From: Eledone cirrhosa
Lineage: Eukaryota
Reading direction: 5' to 3'
DNA: 64,000 nucleotides
NCBI GenBank assembly: GCA_964016885.1
Contig: OZ024743.1
Span: 116,126,001 to 116,190,000 of the forward strand
Both the position numbers and the translations under genes were made by a program. The notes beneath the pieces are model-generated. The model was given only the letters and a program-made list of their open reading frames with translations. It ran no database searches and had not been told where the DNA came from. Positions 52,916-64,000 of this stretch are shown here, one piece after another; the stretch's first letter is position 1; every line of letters starts with the position of its first letter.

Positions 52916-53520
52916 GCTCTCTTCTACGATGGTGTCGACACGCTAAAACCGTCCTCTTGTTAGCACATCCTACCAGGCATATGTCAACCAGGTTTGCTAT
53001 AACTCACTTATTTTTTCACGTTTACTCACTTGCATGTTCCTTTGTCCCGTGTCTCCCCATGATGGGATCTGTTGACCTGTTTTTTTCTCCTTTTTCTCCT
53101 TTTTCTCTTTCTTCCTCTCTCCTCATCACCTTTCCCCCTTTGTTCTTCTCCCTCTTTTCATTCTTTTTCCTTCCTTTTCCTCTTCTTTTCCTCTGGGCCT
53201 TTTGATTAAGAAAAGGCCTCGGGCGCACCGCGGAAAGCTACAGATGTCCTGTAAATAAGCGCTGAAACATCTGGATCGCGGATTGCAGCTGACAAAGGAT
53301 TCTTTCTTTTCTCCTCTTGTTCTATCTAAACCTCCATCCTAAACCCTATATACATATAGAATGGTGGTTTGGACGGAACAAGACGGGAAAAGAAAGAATC
53401 CTTCGTCAACTGTAATCCGCGATCCAGATGTTTCAGCGCTTATTTACAGGACATCTGTAGTAATCCGCGGTGCGCCCGAGGCCTTTTATTAATCAAAAGG
53501 CCAGGAGGAAAATAAAATAA
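52296..53520 (+). mobile_element. Non-coding element with two direct and one inverted ~150-bp repeats, each carrying the rearranged hammerhead-like motif (family A)
   Basis: Copies at 52355-52464 (+), 53192-53300 (+), 53398-53506 (-); consensus TCC-[GGCCTTTT/AAAAGGCC]-TCGGGCGCA-CCGCG-N8-CAGATG-TC-CTGTAA-ATAAGCGCT-GAAA-CATCTG-GAT-CGCGG-A-TTACAG-CTGACGA-A-GGAT. Confidence 0.75.
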
Positions 53521-53574
53521 AATATGTATGTATAAATATGAATATATGTATGTATATATATATTTATTTATATA

Positions 53575-54575
53575 TATACTGCTCAGTGAAGTAGTGGCTG
53601 CCTGCGAGAGATCTCTGTCAACCTTACTGTACTGTGTCAACTCCACGTAGAATTGAAGGTCATTGGATGGTGCATCAGCACACTCGACTGCTGTCAGCCA
53701 GTATCACACGTAGAACAGAGCATTGAACATACAGACCCGGCGCAACTTTTCCATTTTAGCTTGATCGTAATTGAGTCGCTCACCAAATGCATATATCTTT
53801 ACACTATAGATGATTGTGGACATCCACCGAGCTTTATGATGTGCACCAGGCAGCATACACTGATTTCCACGAGGAGCGGTGACACCAAGCAAGATCAACA
53901 TCAACTCGGCACATTCTCGGTAGTCGTCCCGTGGAAGAGAACTCATTTTCCTATCGTCGGATGTCAGCAAATCTTGGAAGAACTTGATGTTCTCAGAACA
54001 CAGATGCTTGAGTCTCCGGTCGACATTGTTCAATGTTTTAAAGTTGGTCTTGTGACACCCAATCTTTTTTGAACTCCTGGAACTCTGGGGTGTCTGGACT
54101 GGACAAATCTCCGAATAGTTGTTGCCACGCTGCACACAACATACGCTCCATGGTGCCGACAAGCAAAAGAAAACACCTTTTTCACGCAGGCACCATTTTT
54201 CCACCCAGAATTCGAAGCAGTTGTGTCGAAGACCAAGCCCACCACAGACCCATCAATATTCCAATCTTTAACAAGATCAAATGATGCTTGGCTTGGGTGG
54301 TTCCAGTGCCATCAGGAATTATGGGAACACCGAGGATTTTACTCACTCTGAAGTCCGGAGTTCCAGCAACTAGCACACCTAGTCTCTCGTGGTCACCAGG
54401 AATTATTTTGCCATCCCATTGCAAGGTAACAAAGTCTGGTACAGCAAATTGTTCCTTTATGTGTTCAGCCCCAACAGTTCTGATCTTCTGAGCTGCACGT
54501 CTGCTACTATTCTTGGAGAGAGTTGTGGCGTCTATGTCAGTCCCACCCTCAGAAATAATCGATGCCATAAATGCT
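53575..54575 (-). pseudogene. DDE transposase relic, hAT-like (hATm-type motifs)
   Basis: LQWDGK, ERLGVLV, FDTTASNSG..GAC, ACRHH, PRDDYRE..EL, PGAHHKARWMS; superfamily assignment from recalled motifs. Confidence 0.75.
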
Positions 54576-54996
54576 GTTCATATATGTGTGTGTGTGTGTG
54601 TATGTATCTCTCTCTATATATATCTATATATCTATATATAAAAACAAATTTTAGTACAGCATTAAGGAACCTTTAGGCTGCGGCTAAGCTAACGAATGCA
54701 AATTCAGAATGTAGCTTTAGCACACGATGGAGAATAATACCCCAGAGTAATAACAATACGTTTAGACAGCTTTGCAAATCAAATATAGCGATCGGCAGTC
54801 CAGCCGCATTGCCATAGCAACGAAAAAGATTGGACTCAGGAAAAGATTTTTCACTGACCTGGACCATCACGCGGAGACCGAATGCAATACATAAGGCATA
54901 TCGTATAGCATACGATATACATCACATATAGCATACAGCATCCACGCTAGGTTTCTGTAAATCCGAGATCGACTAATTCCGCTTGCAGGGGTCTGC

Positions 54997-55028
<32 letters not shown>

Positions 55029-57299
55029 GTATGTGTGTATATGCACACATACACACACACTCTCTCTAGCTCTCTCTCTCTTTCTCTCTCTCTCTCCCTT
55101 TCTCTCTCTCTCTCTCTTTATCACACAGACGCACGCATACACACACTCAAACATACACACATATGTTTATACACACACTCACACATACACACTCATACTT
55201 TCTAAATCCATATTCCTAAAATAGAATTTCTTTTGACTATCCCATTTGCCTATCTCATTGTCCTCTCTCCCTCCCCTATATCAATTTTTTCAAGCCTATA
55301 TTCTCCGCCCTTCACCTCCCCCATCTAAACTCTTGACCAATCCTTTAACACAATTGAGACTATTGCTAAAACAATTTCGTTCTATGAAAAGAAACATCTA
55401 CCACCACTACCTCTACTAATACTACTATGACTACTTCCCCTACTCTATATAAGGTTCCATTTTAGACACAGTCTTCGCATCAAGTAAGAGGAACAGACCT
55501 CTTCAACACTTAATTTTAAATTTTAAATTTTTAATTTTTAATTCTTTTTAGTTCTTTTTGATTGTAATATTCAACATTTGATAAGCTGGTTTACACTGAT
55601 AGATTGAAACCTGTTATATTTTATATACATTATAAAATTCCTTTTTTTTTCTAAACAACTGTTCCTCTCATTTTTTCGAGAATGTCACTTTGACGAATCA
55701 AAGAAGAAAAAAAGGAAAAAGAGATCCTTAAAAATATTTTCCGTGCTATTTCCAATTCCACTTTTTCTCTATAACTCCTTTTCAAATAAATATATATATA
55801 TGTATCGTATGAGATTATATTGTACCAGTTCACTATTTTCTTTGGTAAGATAAGTAAATCTCAATGCACACTTTTATTCTTCGTTCTTCAGAAGCGACTA
55901 CTTCTATTAGCAGAGCATTTATTCTTCAAAATTCAATAATACCAAGGATTAACATTATTGTTGTTTATTTATACATCTACCAACGTGTCAATGCAACTAG
56001 AATATTTCACCAATTGTGGAGAAAAAACCCCAAAATTATCAGTTAAGTAACTCCATTATAACAGTATATTATTGGAGTATTTCTTTAGCTCTATAGAAAT
56101 GTATACACTAATTTATATAATGTATAAGGTATATGAGTCATTTGTACAGATTTCGTTATAGATATGTTTAAAACTCTTCCTATACGCACGATTAGGTTTT
56201 TTTTACGTTTGCATATAGTTATAAATAGATTGTGTTGAGCTAACATATGCCTCCCTTGTTTTTTCTTTTCCGCTTGCTCATGAATATATGCATCTATCTT
56301 TTTATACACAATTTTAAAATATTTTCCATGTTTGTTTGTATATTTCTCTGTATCTTATACATTTTAATTTTTACTACGTTTACTTATTTTGTCTCTATAT
56401 ACAGATTTATGTGTTTACCTAAATAATAAATAATTTATAATTTAAAGTGGATGTATGAATTGTTGTGCAGATTTAGGCTTGTCCATTTAAATACGATTTG
56501 TATATTTCATTATTTATATTTCTCATTCATGTAACCCATATATACATAAATAATGTCCTGCTGAATATATATTAATATATAATTATCAAAGGAAAACTAA
56601 ATTCAACCGCCATTGTTATTCTATAAATCATATCTAAACTTTAATATTTATTACCTTCATACTTGTAGAAACTTAAATATGTATATACGCTAATTAAATA
56701 TGCATTTCATCAAAGCAAACAAATATATTTCATAAATACTCTTTATAAAATTAACTATAATAATTACATAAATATTTGTCTGATGCACATTCAAAAAAAT
56801 ATTTAAATAAGGAACTATAAATTAGCTAACACCGGTATAGAATGGTATATCCTCATATTATAATATTTTTACATATGTGTGTATTAAATATAATAATAAA
56901 TGGTTTTCATAATGTTTTCTTGAAAGGTAAAAGATATATATAATATATTAATTTCAGGTAAAAATAAATACTTAATGTAGATTAATAAATTGTTAGATAA
57001 AGAACTTAAATTGAATTAACGTTGCTGGTAACGTTATCCGTAACATTTGAAATATAAAAACTGAATAGAACGTATTTTAGAATAATTCCTTTAAAACCTG
57101 ACTAGAAAAATAATGGGTAAATGTGTATACATATTTTCTGAGATGTATATATATCTTTAAAAAGTTTTTTTTATTGCATTAATGCAATAATAATTCATTG
57201 TAGTATTAGAGTCTCAAGTTCTTATTATTCTCTAAACATTGTTACATCTTTCAGATATTTTTATGGTATAAAGATTGAAAATAAACACTGTAATTTTAT

Positions 57300-58200
57300 G
57301 TCAAGAAATCTCTTGCTATAGCTATTTGACAGCTTTAATGTGTTTTAACATATGTATGAAAAACACCCATAACTCTATATTTTGCAGCGGAGGGAACTTC
57401 AGAGACTATCGTAACTTCAGAGCATTTTCTTTTTCAAAGTAGACTAATACAAATTAATCTTTGCTTATAGTATATAGTTTCTTCCACTTATTGGATAACA
57501 ACAAGCAGACCATCTTGCAATAATAACCGGTCTTCCGCTCCGTAGATGACGCTCTGCAGCTTGGAATCATGCGCGAAAATTCATATGCCGGTGTACTTGA
57601 TGATATCAATAATGTTATTGATATAAATAACGAGTAGATTTGGGCCCAATACAGTGTCTTAGGGGACGCCACTACTGAATTTGGGAGAGTTTGATCCTTC
57701 GACAACATGCTGAACTCAGTTCATCAGGAAACACTTAATCCATTGTTGTAACTTTCCACAGACACCAATGTTGGATAGTTCTTTGTACAGAATGCTGTGA
57801 TCAACCCTGACAAAAACCCTGCTAAAATCAGCAACGTTGAAGCCCTCTCCCAAATCTTTTAGGATATTATCAAAATGATACAGAAGCTGTGTTAGGCGGA
57901 CCCTGTCTTCATGGAACCCATGCTGCGTGAAAATCAGCAGGTTGTTGCATTCGAGGAAGTAAGTTATTCGTGAATTCACCAGCCACTCTCATACATCAAT
58001 CATGTGAAATCGGACGATAATTCGCTGCAATTGATGTTTCATTATTTGAAAGCTGGGACGACAGACTGAAATAGAACATTTACAGGAATATAGCCAGCGT
58101 CCAGTACTTTCCTCCACATATTAGGTAGAGGAGACTGGAAGAGAATTTATCATGGCCTAGAGCTGAGTTGTATTAAATTTGCTTTATAACCAATAAGATA
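57300..58200 (-). mobile_element. CR1/L2/Jockey-type LINE RT relic
   Basis: NLLIFTQHGF..LTQLL..ADFSRVFVRVDHSIL..KL..IG..GKL.QWIKCFL. Confidence 0.78.
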
Positions 58201-58983
58201 CCAAGGGCGCCAAATAACCTAGATCAGGATTGCTGAAAACTGAACATTTTTTTACTGCAGCATATCACGCATGGTTTTAGCATCACCATGGAGCGTGTTA
58301 TTCTATATAACAAAAGTACACTGTACGAACGATATTTAAATCACATTGAGATGTAGCATAACATGTCCAGAAATAACAGTTTACTGACACGCGGTACATA
58401 TATATTGAAATGTATACGCTTGCACAGAATATATCTTGACATGTTAACATAGACAGTGTATCGGTAAATGTTTACTTAATAACATAGGATATGAGTAAGA
58501 GGAACGTGTTCATGTTTACAATCTTTCCTTTTTCCAAATATATATTTCCACACTAAAATCTAGTGTTTCGAACTCACCACGAACATTGAACCAAGATCTA
58601 ACTGCACTCGAACTCCGACCAAACTTGGATTTAACTCCACTCGAACACCACTTGAACCCCACTGGAATTGAGAAACGCATGATAGTGATATGAGAAGAGC
58701 CATGTTACTCATAATACAAGAAACACTTCTATCTTGGAACAATGAGAAATAGATGGAAAAGCATGAAGAACCAAGAAATATATTATCGTCTATGAGATTA
58801 TTTATTATTTGATCGTTTTGTGCTCATTAACTGGAAAATGTTTAACATTAGACCCCAGCTGGGCATATGTTCTACCCCCACTCTCTGTATCTCTCTTTCT
58901 CTCTCTATATATATATGTATATGTGTGTGTTTGTGTACATGCATACATACACACGCACACACACATACACACACACAGATACA

Positions 58984-59091
<108 letters not shown>

Positions 59092-59129
59092 TATATATAT
59101 ATATATATATGATCTCACCTGTCGATTAC

Positions 59130-61700
59130 GACGTATGAGGATTCAGCTGTATTCTCAGTTCATTTGTTTATGGGTATGCCTTAAACGGCCCTTCATTCCA
59201 GCTTCTGTTTCACACATCAAGCTGCATTTAGTGCAGATGAGAGTATTTCGAGGAGAGCAGGATGAAATGTTAGATCGGTCTTGCTGTTCTCCATTTTCCA
59301 CCTCAGCAGCTAGAGCTTCAACTGTAGTAAGAGTTATGTTCACGGATTTCTTAATATATTTCAGTTTGCCTTTATATCTGAATAAATGTCTGCCTACAGT
59401 GTGTGCACCAATGTGCAGCTGACTCTATAAGGATACCTTGGGTATGCAGTCTTCAGTCATCCATTGGACAGGAACAGCTTATCCAAATTTGGATGTATCA
59501 GAAATAATACATTCCCACCGATGTTGAGCCTTGTGAACAGATCGGCATTGAAGAGGCTACCAGAAAGTGCATGACTGCAGGCAGAGCAAAGGCACTGTTT
59601 GTGGAAAACAACAAGCTTACAAATATGGATGCCATAAAGTGTCCATATCTCTGAGCCCTATAAAGGAGCTTTCAGTACCACTGCCCGATAAACTGCAACT
59701 TTCGTTTTCAACGATATATCTCTGGCACCCACAGAGGATGATGTAACTTGGGGTTCACATTGCTTCCAAGGTAAGTAAAGGAGTTCACATAAATCAGATG
59801 TCTGTCGGCAACAGTGATGAAATCATAGGGCTGACCGTGCCTCCTCTGCCCCTGCTTAAGATCTTCTACTTGACTAATGATAGGCTGGATTTGGTTGACG
59901 TACACCTCACTTTTCTCAATGCTGATAATAAAGGAAAATGTCTTACAGGCAAGCGAGTAACTGTTCATCAATTTTAGTGCTTCTTTGAGGAATGTTGCAA
60001 CAAGTGCAGCATCATTAACAAAGAGTAAATCGAATAGCACTTATTTGTGTAAGCGCTGAGAGTTGAACAGCCCACCTGATGTACATATTTCAAATCTGAC
60101 ACCGGTGTCTAAGTCAATAGATGTGTACTGGAGTATTACAGAAAAGAACAAAGTAAAGAGAACAGGAGCTATATGAACACCCTGCTTCATATCATCTGTG
60201 ACACCAAAGGATTCAGAGTAATCACCATTTAACGTAATTGATGCCTTCAGACTGAATACTCTCATGAAACGTTATGATGACATCTAGCATGGGGATATTC
60301 CAGAATGCTTTGCGAATTGACAGCGTCAAAGGATTTGGTCAAATCAACTAAAACCATAAACAGTGCCTAGCTATTTTCACGAACATTCTCTGCAACCTGG
60401 TGAAGGGGGAAAATCCTGTCATTACTCCCCCAACCTGTGCGGAAGCCACATTTATTTTCATGGTAAATATCATCAACAAATCTGGGAGTAGTTTTGTGAA
60501 GAATGACACGGGCAAGTACCTTACCAGGAATACAGAAAAGAGCGGTGCCATGAGGATTGTCACAGATACATTTGTAACCTTTTTTCTTGAAGGGATGGAT
60601 TATTGACCTTCCAGAATTCAAGAAATAACCGAATAAGATTTCGGGCGAGTTGATGAAACCACATTTTAAAAATGTATTTGGAATGCCATCATTTCCAGGT
60701 GTTTTATTGGATGACAGTTGCATGATAGCTGCTTGTACTTGTGGAATATATGATATTATATCCCTTCTAAGTTTTCTCAGTATTTAGGACCTTTTCAAAG
60801 ATTTTTTTCATCGGGAGAATATCCAAGCTTTCTCTGTATATAGGCTTGTGGCATCTGAGGATAATCCTGTAAATGATCCGTTCTCGGAGGGTGTATAAGT
60901 GGCATGTTTTACTGCTTTCAATGAAGACGCCTTTTCTGTGGATGAGCCGAGAGATAGTAACTAAAAGTGAAAAGCGTAAGTGGTTTTGAAATGGTTTAGC
61001 TTATGCCTATGTGTGATGACATAATCAACCATAGTCAATTCTTGCATCAAGGCTGCATGCATGTTTTCTTATCTTTTGCAGGTTGTTTAAATTAATGTTG
61101 CTAAAATTAAATTATTTGCGGGGTGAAAGCAGCCTAAGCCTGTTTGAATTCATAGTTTCGACTATATTAAAGCCAAAGACGTAATACAATGTTTGATAGT
61201 CATTCCCAACTCTAACATTAAATTCTCCCGGTATAATAGGCTAGTTCTTGAGTGAAACAATCGAGACTACTGTGTGAAGCAGATCATAGAATGTTTCGAT
61301 ATGCTACTCCGATGATTTGAATGTTGGGGCGTAATAATTCTCTAGTTTAACAAAGATTAACAAAGTTTTCTAGATCGAAAGAAGGGGTCATGATCCGATC
61401 ACTGACAGCTGTGGGTGATGTTGTTAGAGTATTAGCAATATCAGATCTAATGATAAACGCAACACCGGATTGACGGTGGTCTTCTTCACTTTCTCCGGAC
61501 CAGAAGACTGAGTACACTTCTCCTATTTCTACCATTTGGGATGTAACAAGGCGTCGGTTTTCACCTATAGTACATATATTGATATTATATCTATTGAGTG
61601 CATTGCAGATGAGGTCTGATCTTCGTTCCAGGAACCAAACTTTAAATGCTTTATTTTATTTCCATCGCATAGAGACGCGATTGACTGCTAAGCAAGTATT
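59130..61700 (-). mobile_element. RTE-clade LINE relic (EN to C2H2 finger)
   Basis: FWSG..SGVAFII, KTPGNDGIP, CGFR, VDLTKSFDAVNS, KQG..APVLF, DLLFVNDAALV, FTYLGS, CTKCSLMCETEAGMKGRLRH. Confidence 0.85.
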
Positions 61701-61951
61701 TATTTAGGGCTCCCTTTACCTCATTCTCTCTGTGTAGAGAAAGCATTGGTATATCTGAAATACCTGGTATCTCACGATCAGAGGAAACGAACAGCAGATA
61801 TGGCTTATATATTGTTCATGAACAGCCATCACCTGATGACCACCTCTGTATAGGGATTCAACTAAAGCGTTCCTGAAATACCATTAACTTGCTCCGCCTC
61901 ATTTACTTACTCTGACTCTCTCTCTCGCTCGCTCTCTCTCTCTCTGTGTAT

Positions 61952-62007
<56 letters not shown>

Positions 62008-62254
62008 ATATACAGAGAGAGAGAGAGAGAGAGAGAGATAGCAAATTGGACGGAGCAAGTTAATGGTATATATATGTATATGTATATATGTATGTATGTG
62101 TATATCTATATATATATATATGTATGTATGTATGTATGTATGAATGTAAGTATATATATATATATATATAAAAGCAAAGGGATATTTAATTTGTGGGTAA
62201 TTCAACAATTATATATATTTATAACAGATTCGAAGCACTCGACAGTTTTCTGGA

Positions 62255-62445
62255 GTATAATATCAATGATATTAATAAATGGAAACTATATTTATAAAAC
62301 CATATTTATTCTATTATATATATTTCAAGGGTACCAAAACTTTGGTACGCTCTCTCTCTCATCAGATAAAGTACCCTTGAAATATATATAATAGAATAAA
62401 TATGGTTTTATAAATATAGTTTCCATTTATTAATATCATTGATAT
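62255..62445 (-). mobile_element. Fold-back element with intact HHR (62310-62370), TATATA-helix-III family
   Basis: Arms ~62259-62334 / 62371-62445; TTTAT-CTGATGA-GAGAGAGAGC-GTACC..GGTAC-CCTT-GAAA-TATATA-T-A-ATAGA; arm homologous to the 24251 IR. Confidence 0.8.
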
Positions 62446-62579
62446 ATATATGTATATATATATATATATAAAACAACAGTATATATCGAGATATACACCC
62501 ACTTATACATACATAAAAACATACCAATACATACGCATGCATATAGAATACAAATATACTTACACACTACTACAATTAT

Positions 62580-62718
62580 AGGTACCACTCAATTTTACCA
62601 GATGAGTGAATAGGGGGACATGAATATAAAAAGACTTGCCTAGTGACATATGCCGGCGCTTAAAATCGAACCCAAGGTTGCCTGATCGCGAGACGAACAC
62701 CCTAATGACTGAACTACG
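62580..62718 (-). mobile_element. Degenerate tRNA-head SINE (second family, CORE-like)
   Basis: GTAGTTCAGTCATTAGGGTG..GGGTTCGATT..GTCACTAGGCAAG. Confidence 0.55.
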
Positions 62719-63567
62719 TATTTTACACACCCACACAGTCGCATACACACATATATATAAATATGTAAAATACATAGTAAATATAAATAGATAATTTAGT
62801 ATACATGCCCGAGCCTATACAGTTATAACTAGAAGTGTCTATTTAGTGTATACTGAAGCATCTGTGTGGATGTACATATGAATGCAAGCCTATATGTAAA
62901 TATTTGTGTGTATATATATATATAATATGATTACAATTGTTAACTGAATAAATTGTGAGTTGAATATCCTAGATAGTGAAGTGTTGCGGCAGCCATTTTG
63001 TACCAAGCGCATTATACGTGACCAAAGCACTTATGCAAAATACAATGGCCATCTGTCTCATTCAAACCAATGAAAATACAAATCAAGTTGTGTGCGCACA
63101 CGCAGGCACACACACACACACACACACACACACATCAACATACACCTCCTGCACATAAACATAAACATACACGCACGCAGACTCAGACATAGACATACAG
63201 ATACCAAACATATACGCATAGATTCACACATATCAACACGCACAAAATAAATGATGCGCAAATCAAATCTGTATAGAAAAGAAATATAATGAAAGTAAGA
63301 GCAAGTAATCCCCTACAAAAAATAAACAAAGAATTATAACGTGTTGGTATCACTTCAGTTTCAAGGATTATCGTATTAAGAAGTCAAAAACGAATATCTG
63401 CCCTGCTGAGTCATATGAAATAAATGAAAATAAATGATAGTGCTTTTTTTTTACATTGTTATCACATAAAACCTTCAATGTGCACAAAAGTGATGAATTA
63501 TTCATTATGGTCTACAGTTTCTTGACCAGAAATCACAATTTTTCACTCTCATTTTATATATAAAAAT

Positions 63568-63656
<89 letters not shown>

Positions 63657-64000
63657 TTCGTGTGTATGTGTTTATATATGTACGTACGTATATAATCCAC
63701 AACAATTGAGAGGTATATCAATTTCCAAACAGGATGTCAAAAGTTCTACCCTCCTCGCTTCAAAATTGAAGGCCCACTGGATTTCTACCCTTGCCGAAAA
63801 TTTGGTGTGAACTGAAATATATTTAATTCTTCTGAGAGTGATCCTAGATGAGCCACATCATAGCGGGAAACGAATTCGGGAATCACTATAAAACTCTAAT
63901 AAAGTCTATGCGAAGTGTCTGGCAAAGAGGATGTAGGGAAAGTGACGAGTCCAATCTAGCGGATGAACAGTGTTGGTTTTGCCCGGATGCAGCATAGTCG

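Noticed and set aside
53256-53262. TAAGCG resemblance to the pistol ribozyme
   Set aside because: Remaining pistol architecture absent; the GCG is explained by P2b pairing
54673-54960. Possible additional host exon
   Set aside because: No convincing paired splice sites or recognisable peptide

Overview
A 64-kb eukaryotic, AT-rich window packed with microsatellites and transposons, with no intact host gene visible. The (TA)n/(CA)n/(GA)n tracts and SINE style suggest a coleoid cephalopod (Octopus-like) genome; this is inference. Almost all long six-frame ORFs are microsatellite artefacts or decayed transposon ORFs. Recognisable elements: two tandem L1/Tx1-clade LINEs (5.2-12.7 kb); an end-to-end Helitron (25746-29377, -); a near full-length Penelope-like element (PLE, 30047-34452, -) plus several PLE 3' fragments; RTE, R4/Dong-like and CR1-like LINE relics; a hAT-like transposase relic; and about 8 tRNA-SINE copies. 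Many small fold-back or inverted-repeat elements sit in (TA)n tracts and carry minimal type-I hammerhead ribozyme (HHR) motifs, as expected for PLE pseudo-LTRs (pLTRs). The most striking observation is a ~105-nt RNA motif present five times in three sequence-divergent families (29522-29627 +; 35491-35592 -; 52355-53506 x3). It has all hammerhead core boxes (UH, GAAA, CUGAYGA) and covarying helices, but in a strand order that is not a circular permutation of type I/II/III HHRs. This implies a multiply pseudoknotted or obligate-dimeric hammerhead-like architecture. Two weak candidate host exons lie on the minus strand. All structure calls were made by eye, and element boundaries are approximate.
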